Notes under the pieces: model-generated
Told to the model about the DNA's origin: nothing
What the model saw: the letters and a program-made list of their open reading frames with translations, nothing else
Database searches by the model: none
In this document: positions 1 to 11,023 of the stretch, in pieces
Layout of the letters: every line of letters starts with the position of its first letter
Position numbering within the stretch: position 1 is the first letter of the stretch
Program-made: the position numbers and the translations under genes
Assembly (NCBI RefSeq): GCF_000150275.1
Contig: NW_002060946.1
Coordinates: 4,731,454-4,795,453, forward strand
DNA length: 64,000 bases
Direction: 5' to 3'
From: Trichoplax adhaerens
Lineage: Eukaryota > Animalia > Placozoa

Positions 1-89
1 TAACCTCATCAAATTACCCGAATAGTTGTCTACTGATGCTATTTTCTGGTTGCTATGCTACTTGGAATATTGAACACTATTTTACTACA

Positions 90-632
90 GTATTCAATTG
101 CGGTAATTATTTGTTTACTCGGTCTAATTTTCTGATTACTGTATTACGTTAACAGAAAGATACAGAGTGATTGTATTCTGATTTTAGCGCAGCGTTAATG
201 CGGAGATAGTAGAGGATTACTTCTTACTATGTTGCTGCATTTAAGTGTTTGTCTACTGGGCTTATTTCCTGGTTTGGGATAATATTAGCTAGTTGATATT
301 AGCCGACTATCTTACCTTAGGTTAGTTATTTGCTCACGCATCTGGTGCTATTTTTCAATTGTTTTACGATATCAATCATGGACTACTAAAAATTTTTTTG
401 GCAGTCTTTGTATAAGTATAATATTTTCTAAATTGTATTTTGTTGCGTTGATTGACTAATTTGTCTACCATCCTATTTTTTGAATGCTATTGTGAAAGGT
501 CATCCATACGAATATGTTATTCCTATGTATTTTCGTAATCTAGTCGCTTAATTAATTATATATTCGTACTTTTTTGCTTTATTAGAACGTTTGCTTTACG
601 TGAAAATATCAATTGAATACTATTTCAAATAA
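90..632 (+). pseudogene. Possible highly decayed rhodopsin-class GPCR / membrane-protein remnant
   Basis: Hydrophobic stop-interrupted frames (YSIAVIICLLGLIF* near 91-135). A TM3-end-like motif FALLERLLYVKISIEY (E codon at 585) has a Cys codon 70 nt upstream (515), close to the 72 nt C3.25-to-3.49 spacing, but in another frame. Many stops and frameshifts. Confidence 0.25.
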
Positions 633-1709
633 AGTTACGATAACAGACTAGCAATATGATAAAGGAATGACAGCAAGGGTAAGATATGCTATGTTAATAG
701 AATACAAGGCAAATAGTCGCAAGTTTAAAATTCCATATACAGTTTCCTCTTTCACTAGAATCAAAATGAGGAAACACCCAACGTAGAACCATTCTTCCTG
801 CTTTCAACCGGTAATATCTTTGAGATTACAGTATATCGACGTAGATGATTATGAAGAGATCCGTTACTTAATTATTGATGCACGTGATTTAGGGTGTAAG
901 ATTGTTCATGACTAATTGTCTTCGCTAATTTTTATTGACATAACAGGAATAGTTTACCTTATTGTAATTTAATAGGCAACTGAGACAATTTAGACAATAA
1001 GAGGTTTGTTATTTCTAGCAACATTTAGTTATTTATCTTCAAATTACAATAGATTTAACGACCTAATTAACTAAATTAGGCTTGCCTCCTTATTTAATGA
1101 ATAATAAACTAGCAGCAAATTGTTAACTTTAGCATCTCATTTGACGACGATATAAAGATCAATAATCGTCTAATGATGTATCATTTAGAAAAATACCAAT
1201 TAACCGAAAAAGAAATTATAATTTTCGCTAATAAGCAAGGGCAGATCACAATATGAATGCTAAAAAGTGTCGTAACTCGTGACGGATTACATAATGATCT
1301 ATTAATTAGCCATAATGAGATAAATTAGATTATTATTATTATCTGCAGGGTTAGAAACGATAGCAAATTCCTTATAATATAATCCACTAGCCATTTATGA
1401 TAAAGAATATTGGAACATTAATTTCAACATGATCATTATACTTTTAATCTACTGTATTTATTCGTATATATGCAACAAAATCGTCATATCGTTATTAATT
1501 TATGTACTATTATTATTCAAAATCAAATAGTTTTAATGACGCATGTTTTGGCTTGCAATGAAGGTTCAAATCCTATCGTTACTAATGCAAATACTAATTA
1601 AATCATTACTAACCAGACCAAAGTCAACATTCGTCAACACCCAACTGTTTATTTATTGACATTTGATGATTCACAAATAGAAAATCTCCTTCGCATTCAA
1701 TGGGTAAGC

Positions 1710-1717
1710 TATAAAAG
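1710..1717 (+). promoter_or_regulatory. TATA box of Arg-rich prepropeptide gene 1
   Basis: TATAAAAG lies about 30 nt upstream of a short putative non-coding exon (about 1740-1772), followed by a GT...AG 5'UTR intron 1773-1906 and the ATG at 1917. Confidence 0.6.
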
Positions 1718-1916
1718 TAGGTTACAAGGCGGAAGTTTTACATTTTCTGTCTTGCCTGCTGTGCGAAACAAGGTATTATAAATCGTTTGTTTCATTTTAA
1801 CTTTAAAGTATGCAGAGTATAAAAAATCGACTAACTTGAAAGCGTACATTATAGATGGCATCATGTAATCACTAAATTTAATATTTTAATATATTGATTT
1901 ACTTAGGATAGTCAAA

Positions 1917-2464
1917 ATGAACATGAAATTGGCTTTGATTGCCTCCTTACTTTTGTTGGCTGTTATTGTCAACGCTGAGGAAGAGAAAACTCCAGTCCGT
2001 GAAGAAAATGAAGATGAAGAATCACAATTGCGTGAACTCGAAGAGGAAGATTCACCTGTGCGTGAATTGGAAGATGATGAAGAAGAAGAAATTGCCAGCC
2101 GTATGAACGAAGACAAACTCGTAAGTTCAGGATAAGCGTGCATTGACCTATTTAGTCAAAAATTCTAAGGTTTCCAACTCAACCGGCACTACTGCAACAT
2201 TTGGCCATACTTTCAGTATTCTTTCAGACTATACGTAGAACTATCGTTTAAATTGCTAATTTTAAAATTCTGTACCTACGATATCGTCGCTTTATCAATA
2301 AATTAATTATACTTTTCTTGTGCTAGTGGAGTCGTCGTCGCCGCCGCTGGGTCTCTTCTCGTCGTCGCCTTGTCTTTCGTCGCCGCTTTATCTATTATCG
2401 TCGTCGCTATATCATTTATCGTCGCCGCTTTCTCTCCACTCGTCGCCGTTGGGGAAAAAAATAA
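1917..2464 (+). CDS. Secreted Arg-rich cationic prepropeptide 1 (113 aa; putative antimicrobial peptide precursor); exons 1917-2120, 2327-2464
   Basis: Exon 1 encodes signal peptide MNMKLALIASLLLLAVIVNA plus an acidic pro-region, ending at a GTAAGT donor (2121). After a pyrimidine tract and TAG acceptor (2324-2326), exon 2 reads in phase 0 as WSRRRRRWVSSRRRLVFRRRFIYYRRRYIIYRRRFLSTRRRWGKK*. AATAAA signals lie downstream. Confidence 0.88.
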
Positions 2465-2696
2465 ATTTGCCGTAGTGGTATATAGTAGCATGAATAAGAA
2501 TAAACTAAATCATCGGCAATAAATAAGGATCGCTTGAGATCATTGTTTACTCAATTCTGACCATTTAATACAGCGCGATGCTTTCTTAACTTGATTATTA
2601 TGATGCTAGAATGATGTAAAACGCAATAAAGATCAACTATTTGCAATATAAAGTACTTGTGATTTTATGTATTATTGGTAAAAATTAAAGTTAAGG

Positions 2697-2950
2697 TTGT
2701 AAGCAATCACAGTGTAGGATCATCTTAACATAATTATTCGCTTATTTTGAAGACTATTTCCGAAATTCAGTTAGGTCAAGACTGGTTAGAATACATTAGC
2801 GATTATTAACCAAAATTGACTGGAGATTGTAAGCAACCACAGTTTGTAATCGCCTCTACATAATTATTCGCTTATTTTTTGAAGACTATTTCCGTAATCC
2901 AGTTAGGTCGAGACTAAGAACACACTAGTGCTTATAAACCAAAAACTAAT
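2697..2950. repeat. Imperfect tandem duplication, about 130 bp x2
   Basis: TTGTAAGCAA..ACATAATTATTCGCTTATTTT..GAAGACTATTTCCG..CAGTTAGGTC..AACCAAAA occurs at about 2697-2820 and 2827-2950. Confidence 0.85.
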
Positions 2951-5900
2951 CCTACTCATTGTTTGTGACGGCTCTATTTACATATCAGTGTAAAATAGTA
3001 ACGCGTTAGAGGCAGTCGTTTATGAAACCGGTATTCCAGTTCGACCAGTAATGGTTCATTTGCAAAATTTTAGCTAAGAGTTAAATCAATTAAATTAAAC
3101 TCGAATAACCTTAAGTGATTAATTAAGGAGAAACGAATCTATAGAGGATTTAATATAGGTAAATTATCATCTATTCTATAGATTGTAGGAGTCTAATAAT
3201 CTAGATCCGTATCAACATGACTGAGATTCCTAGAATTTCAGCTACAGATATAGTTAAAGTTATTGCGTTTTATATCTCCATTTTCAAGTAAAGTATGGAT
3301 AGTCACGCATGCTAACTTTAAGCAGATGATTTTCTAAAAAAGTAACAGCGATAGCAACTATTTCCATTTCTAGTTTGACTTACGATCAGATTATTGATTG
3401 AATCAGGCTGTAAACCGAATTTTAACACCTAAAGAAAATGTAGTTGATAAATTTTCAATTTACTATCAATCATCTCTGTGACTAGCTATACCATTCACTG
3501 GCATCACATGTTTATGTTATTAAAGTATAACGCTATTTGGTTTTGAAAGCGTAAGAAGAAGATACTATTTATAATAAAACTTAGTGAATATTATGTTATT
3601 TTCAGTCACTCTAATAGCTGTGATTATCACAAACAGCTACTGCATTAAGAGTCCATTTGTTCAAACGTAAAACATAAACAATCGCTGACAGCCTTCGCAT
3701 CGACACTATTTAGCTAGACTAAAGTATACTGTATATCGATTATTCATCGGTTAGATGTTGAGTGCAATCAACGAAGCTAATATAGCAGTCATAGTATCTC
3801 TTTGAATCCGCCAATATTATCTTGTCCACGATATTGATCGCCAGGACATGCTAACAATAAGTTTAATTACTTTAAGTGATGAGGATACTATTTAGATACC
3901 GTTATTGGTACTGCATACGATAAGAACATCAGATATAATTGCACAGTCTCGACTGCTTTGCTGATTACTAGCTGCTCGTCAATCACCTGATGATCTTGTA
4001 TCGCTTATTGCTCTGTACTCTAGGTGAAGAGATGAATTTTTGTTGCGATCAATTTAATCTGTATAATCGCATTTATAAACCTAATAATTTCTTGTAGTAA
4101 CTTAAAATTGAGTATTGTCTATAGATGAAGATGAACATGGAAAAATATAAAGAAATATGGATATGTTAATTTGAATTTATTAGATATCTATGGCTTATTC
4201 CTTTTTCATTGAAATCATATATTAAATTAATATTTAGAATTATTTGTTAGAGACATATGAGTAGGAATTTTTTGATCATTTATTGATTTGAAAGATTGAG
4301 AAAGAACATAAAATGTAGTGGTATACAAAAGACTTCAAGTTGCTTATAAAATTTGATATAATCACCGTAGGCAAACTAATTAGAAAGCGTTCTATTGCAA
4401 TAATAGTTAATCCTAACATCGTTTACAGTATCTCCTATTGGCTAAAAAGGAATGGATTAAAACTTTATTGCCCAATCTTGACCATCTTTATTCTTCAACG
4501 AATCACTTAGAACGAAGATTGTTTCTAAGGAAGCAATAGAAAGTTGCGGTAGCCAATAAGGTTAATGTTTTACATTTATTTTTTAGTTCTCATTTCTATT
4601 AATCGATAATATGACAAATTTACCTCTTTTTATTCTTTGTGATTATATTATCATGAATGTTTATTTTTATAGTATTAAAAGTTTAATTTTACAGGTATAA
4701 AATAATATTTAATTAACGATCACCTTCCTGTCGAGAAATCGACAATGTTTAGGCTAGAATATTGTAGCGTAATAAATTCAAGCATTATTTGAACAAGATA
4801 TCAAAAATATGTGTATGAAACTGGGATAGTAATTATAGTACTGCCCAAGTACTCCTAATAGCCAGCTTGTAAGAAGTGACATTCAATTGCAATTGATTTC
4901 TGTATTTACAATGTATTAGAGGCAATATGTATTATCCTACATATTAGTAATAAAAATTCATCTGTTGGGATAGCTATTGATGGAAATATCAAATATTATA
5001 GTGAAATAAACAGTGTACAGTTTGCAGTATTTTGCCATTTAATTCGTTAGCCACTTGTTTGCTCACCTGTTGATCACTTTGTTGACCACTTATTATCGGC
5101 CACTCTTTGTTTGTTCGTCGGACACATACGAAATGTACAACTTAAATTTACAGTAACTATCGATAAGAATATCACTATGATTTACTAATTAATTACTCTA
5201 TTTGCTACTTATGAATTATCAAGTGAATTATATTAGCAGTAAAAACAACTCACTAGTCTAATGGTATTACATATGCGTCTTTTAAATATTGATGTTACAT
5301 TTCGTAATATGTATCATATTTCATATACTCGTATTACGGTAATATACTTTGAACATTATGTAATGTAGCGACAATGTGCTAATTTTAAGAACAAAAATGA
5401 TGAATTCTGATGGACGATATACGAATTTATATGTAGTCATTGCAAGATTAGATGACCAACTAGACTGTAATTAGTAGTTCAAGTAAAATTGGTGGATTTG
5501 CTATTCACTGTATGCCTCGTCCATGCAATGTATCTATGTAGTAGTTTATCACTTGCTTTCGTCATATACGCGCCGACCACTAATATCATATGGGTATAAT
5601 TACTTGTAAAATTGATAGTAACAACTGTAACTTTAAAATTAACCCTAAAGATAAACTTAAACTTTTGCTACTTACTGCCATTATAATCTATTTCATCTTA
5701 GAACAAAGTGACTTTAGACTAATTAAGGTAAGAAAATAACATGTGAATATATCATCGACCTATGCACTAATGTCTGCTTTATGAAGAGAAATTCAGCCGA
5801 CTATCTTTAATTCTTAAATATTTTACATAAAATATCTCAAATTATTGATTAAACATTGCCTTTATTTCTAACCATTAATAAAATTAGATACCAACGCCCT

Positions 5901-6217
5901 AAATAACATGTTTTATATATATAATTATTGAAACCATATAAAAAGTGGTGTTTTTGCGTAAAAAAATAGAATTTTTTCAAGTTAAAAATACGAGTAAACT
6001 CTAACTATTAATATATTTTCATGTTTGGAAGGTGAGGTACCGTTAGATATGTTATAACTATAGGATAGATATCATCTAATAGCCGATAGTTGTCACGTAT
6101 GCAGGCGTTATAACTAGTTTCTTATTGTATCGTAAGGCTAATGACCTTTCTACTGCTATAATATAAAAGTTATGCATACTATCGATGAATGATGTAGCAC
6201 AAATTAATTAAGCTAAA

Positions 6218-6733
6218 TTATTTTTTGCCCGGCTTCCAAGGGTTACGCTTCCAGAAGCGACGACGACGACATTGTCGCCACTAAAATAAATAATAAGAAC
6301 AAAGCTTAGAATCTCCATCATATTCAATTTATCAATATATTAGCTGATCAAGATATGTATACGATTAACTTGGATGTGATATTCCTTTATCAAACTGTAT
6401 ACTATACTATGATACAATTAGTAGGCAGTTTTATCTATTTATCGGTGTTACCGTTAATTGATTAGACACAGTGATCTTATGGTTAGTAAATATTTATGAT
6501 GCTAAACTTACTCATGCGGCTTTCTGGCCGACTTCGACCAGGTCTGCTTCATTGATATCCTTGTCTGAATCAGCTAGTGCTGACTCTTCCTCATCTTCTT
6601 CAGCTAATTCTTTATCTTCTGGAACAGATTCAAGCTCATTTTTTAAATCTTCGATTTCGGTAACGTCTTCTTCAGCTGAGATGGCAACCGCCTAGAAGAG
6701 TAAGGAGGCGACGATTAACCACTTAAATTTCAT
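6218..6733 (-). pseudogene. Pseudogenised paralog of the Arg-rich prepropeptide family; exons 6733-6512, 6280-6218
   Basis: Exon 1 reads MKFKWLIVASLLF*AVAISAEEDVTEIEDLKNELESVPEDKELAEEDEEESALADSDKDINEADLVEVGQKAA*, then a GTAAGT donor at 6511. After a TTTTAG acceptor exon 2 reads WRQCRRRRFWKRNPWKPGKK*. In-frame TAG at 6694-6692 and TGA at 6514-6512. TATA-like element near 6981-6986. Confidence 0.85.
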
Positions 6734-9700
6734 GATTCCAGATTATAAAAATCAATTCAGGAGAACAAAATAAAATTTAGCTTAAATTCAGAATTTAATG
6801 GTGATTAACATAGTAACGCTCAATTTATCTACTAAATGGAAGATATCATCATGGCACTAGATTCATCTTTATAGTACGGATTAAGCTAATATAATCCATT
6901 ATAAATAAATGTAAGGCTGATACTAACCAATGATGATCACACCACGGCTGCAAATAATTTTTGGCTGCAACTGATTTGCTTATATAGCTTCCGACGATAG
7001 AGCAAATAACAATACTTTCTAAAGGTCTTTATAATAGCTTCGAATTAAAAATCTTGCGTGCACATCATCGAATAACAATATATTTTATTTTAATTGTTCA
7101 CATTTACGTACACCCAAGAATGATTTTAATTTATTTTAGCTATAAAAGCAATCGTCTTTTCAATGGGCTTTTACGTAATAAACTGATTTCAATACTAAGG
7201 TAACAAAAATAAATTATAAAATGTCATTTATTTTAGATCATGTACGTATGTTTACAAGTGGTATTTCATCCAGTTTTTTAAATATTTAACTAAAGTCTAC
7301 TAGGAATAAATAAAATTAAGAATACCGATAATGTAACATTACTTTAACGAGTTTGATTTTGTAACTTGATTCATAGTACTAGTACTTGTCTATTCACAAC
7401 GTCAAGTGAAAGGAAGAGAAGGAACCATAATAACAAAATGATGATAATTATTTATAATTGTAGAAGTTCATCAATTGAATATGCCATGAACTTGCAAACA
7501 ATATACTCTGTATCTTATTGTTTTGCTTCTATAACATATTAACTCGAGCAATAGAATAAACTGCAATCTCAATTATTACCGTCATTTTATGAACACTTTT
7601 AATCCCATAAAATACAAAAAGCGGACTTTTCAAGTATTTATGCATGTAAGATACACAGTATTAACGAAACTTGTTTTTAGATGAAAAAAAAGGTTAAGGT
7701 ACTTGCATGCAATATCCTGTAGCTTATATGCACCTATGACCTTTGTAAACTTATTTACTAATTATTGCTATCTAATAATCTCGTAATTATTGTAACTAAA
7801 GATAGATTTAATACAAATCTATAATGAGGCTACTTCTTAAATCTCATACAATGCTGCAGTAGGTATCACTCAATATAATTATTATGATTTGCATAGTCAG
7901 CTGAATTTAGTGTTACAGGAAATGTCTATGATAGAGCGAGTGGGTTACTAATAAATTAGAATAGGAATTATGCAACCGGTTATTTAAATACAGGTTGTAC
8001 CAATAAAGTACTTACTATCTAAGTACTACAATGTGATATCTCTTTATATAATCAAGTCGGGAAAATAGGAAGCTATCACGTATACATTGATTTATATCAG
8101 TAAACAATGCTTTTAGTCAACGATGACAGACAAACAATAAAGCAAATCTAGCAAATTATTCTTTTTCGGTGCCTTTCAGGATTTCAATCGGCAACCTTAA
8201 GTCAACGCAACAATTGATACCAATCTTACAAGAGATTTTGGGTACTGTAGCAGGAGGCTGAATAAAATAAAATAATATATAGATGTTAATACGTGATAAA
8301 ACCTGTTTAAAATCATTTATTATCTTCTGCACTGATTATCCTTATTATGATACTTCTTATAGCCTTAAGCTAGCATCATCATTACGTATTAGTACATTCA
8401 TTCGTTGACATTTATTGTACTTTTAATTATTGCAGCTGTTGATTGCATTGAATTGGTTAACAGTAAGCCAGAAACAAAGCAAGCCGTACCTCAGCATGAT
8501 TCTAACACTGGAATGATGGTGCTTTGCATTTAATTCACTAGTCAATAGCAATGATATTTGTGCCTACCCTTTTGTGCTTGTGATTAATGTCCAATAAATC
8601 TATATTAATTGAGTCTGATAATTGTTTTGGTTATTTTCTCCATTAATGTCAACGCATAAGAATAATTTTATTACCTCTTTTTGGTATTAAATTTTTGCGT
8701 TAAGACCTATTAGCCCTACCTAATCCCCACTAGAAAACTTTCTAAGGACTAAAATATCATACTTGCGAAATACTATATATAGTTCATATACACGTTCATG
8801 CAAACAAAAATAGTATATAATTCTTATATAATGTAAAATATATTTTACCTCTGCATACAGTCTTAGAGTTCTTTCTACTCTATTAATCATTTTCAACGTT
8901 ACCAATGATATAACTCCACTTTATTAAGCGAAATGCAGGCTAGTAACTATATGCTGTGTATGTTATACAATATACGGGATTCGATATATTTTGGTATGGC
9001 CAATCTTAGGTTAAGAAATAAACAAAGATGTGATGTATTACCGGAATTCAAGATTAGTAGATACAAACGAATGTATTTCTTTTCTAATGGAAATTACTAT
9101 GTATTAGTGAAACGAATTGTACGCTTAAATTTAATATTCAAATATCAAATTCAAGCGTACGATTCATTGAGTGAAATAGGACAAGGAACAATCTCTATTA
9201 TCATTCTAAAATTAAACTAGGTTGAGAACGGAATTAAAATTAGTGTAGATACAGTATAAAGAGAGGAATGGGGTACTAAAAGATTTCATTTATTTCCAGG
9301 AACCTTTGATACTTACGCGAAAATAGCAATTAGTGAGCATTGTTATATTTATTCACGATCCTCATTATTGCTAATGACGTTGTAAACCAATCGGAAAAAA
9401 TCTTATTATAATAATCAGCAATTGAGATTTAATATCGCCAGAATTTGCCTCCCGTTGATTATAAAAAGCTGATTTAAGAACTAATGGCGCAATCGTGACC
9501 CTCCATATTTCTTGCAATACATAGAACACAATAGAAGATAATTTCGTAGAGTAAAAAACATGCGATAGGATCAAAGTTCTGAATTACTCCAATGTCTTTT
9601 ATTAAATGCCAATACAATATTCACAATAGATAGCTTGAACATGCCAAATTGCAAGAAAATTGTTTTTTATTTACTGTCATACTATTTGTACAAATGTTTA

Positions 9701-10371
9701 TTGTGTAGTCGGTTATTCTGTGGCGATCACTCTGTACCAATTACTCTATACTAAGACTTTTATTGCTAAAGAGGGAACTACATAATTTCTCACAATTTAA
9801 TAGGTACTCTCTTAATGGAATAAATCAATAATTTAATGAACACTCCCTCGGTGAAATAGATCAATATTAGCTTGAGAGGTGCGGGTTATGAGATGTAGTT
9901 TACTTCTACTTATTGTACTGTATAATAATCTCTCATTGGAAGTATCGATTATCAATAATATTTAGGGACTATTTGTCGAGCTTTTATCAATGGTTTTCCA
10001 ATTATTTATGGATTTCATCACATCCATTTCATTCCAATTGATTCCCTATGAGACAAAATTAAAGGTTGTAAATGTGTAGCTGACGATTTGAGTTATACTT
10101 TTCAATATCAGTATCATTGGCTTCATCTGGCATGATCAGTTTTGGCTTGTGTTAGCAGCAAACTAATATTTGTTTACTAACTAAATTTCAGACAGCACTT
10201 GTAAATAATAATTTAATACTCTAACCTAGCTAACGACTGATTTCTTATGTACTTTACTATAAAATTTTATTGCTAAGAAGGCGAGTTCGGCAACTCATAT
10301 ACTATATAATGTAATGCAGGAACTACTGGAGAAAGAGAGAGGGGCTGGGCTGTCAACGATTTTTATTGAAG

Positions 10372-10483
10372 AAAATATCGAGGCTGACTATTTAATAGTC
10401 ATTTCGTTATGGCAGTGTACGGTTTTAGCTGTATAGTACAGTACAGTTAAAATGGCCAGAGAAATAGTCAGCCTCCACATTTT
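10372..10483. repeat. Short inverted-repeat (MITE-like/hairpin) element
   Basis: GAGGCTGACTATTT (10380-10393) and AAATAGTCAGCCTC (10462-10475) are perfect 14-bp reverse complements, with imperfect extension outward and inward. Confidence 0.5.
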
Positions 10484-10849
10484 TGGTAATAGTAGGGTAT
10501 CCTTCTAGGATTACTAACCATCCGTAATTAATCCCATTTTAATTTAGTGGATATATAGTTTTTATTGCACTGTCGTAGATGATTCATAGATCAATTAACT
10601 AGATTAATCGATCTTCTTAAGTGATCACTTTTCTCTCAATTATAACCTAATTTCTTCAAACGCAGATTAATGATGAAAGGCAGCTATTATTTGCTAAAGA
10701 TAAGGCTTATTTATTTTCCTTTTCCCCATTGATATACACATAAGTATATGAGAATTACATAAATCATCGGGTGCGTCCAACCTATACCATAAATGCAAAT
10801 AGCTTCAGTTAAATATAAGTATTGAAAATTTTAGCATACGCGTATAGTT

Positions 10850-11023
10850 GAACTTATCCCATGCGATACCGTAGTCACCGCCCTCACGGTCTTCTTCTCT
10901 TGGAACAAGTGTCTTTCTAACTTTTCAGAACTGATTCAGAATCTGAAGCAGTTATTTCTTATCGTTATAAGTAGTTACAGCGATGAACAGTTGGGTTGCT
11001 AACAAAACTAGTTTAAGTTTCAT
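10850..11023 (-). pseudogene. Decayed exon-1 remnant of the same prepropeptide family
   Basis: GTCAAAAATG start context resembles gene 1 (GTCAAAATG). It reads MKLKLVLLATQLFIAVTTYNDKK*, then frameshifted acidic pieces (EITASDSESVLKS; LVPREEDREGGDYGIAW) ending in GATAAGT, a possible broken donor. No exon 2 found. Confidence 0.55.

Noticed and set aside
1886-2491. Ser-rich and Ala/Thr-rich minus-strand ORFs (1886-2143, 2303-2491)
   Set aside because: Antisense shadows of the Glu-rich and Arg-rich exons of prepropeptide gene 1.
5050-5120. Approx. 12-bp imperfect CCACTTGTTGA-like repeats
   Set aside because: Too short and degenerate; stop-interrupted on the minus strand and no splice context linking it to the peptide family.
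6692-6694. Stop-codon readthrough or selenocysteine recoding in the pseudogene
   Set aside because: Two different stops (TAG, TGA), plus a probable lost acceptor and no evident SECIS; simple decay is more parsimonious.
6471-6695. Ser-rich plus-strand ORF
   Set aside because: Antisense shadow of the acidic pseudogene exon.
8720-9574. AT-rich ORFs 8720-8905, 8933-9220 and 9371-9574
   Set aside because: Composition typical of random AT-rich frames; no signal peptide, splice support or motifs.
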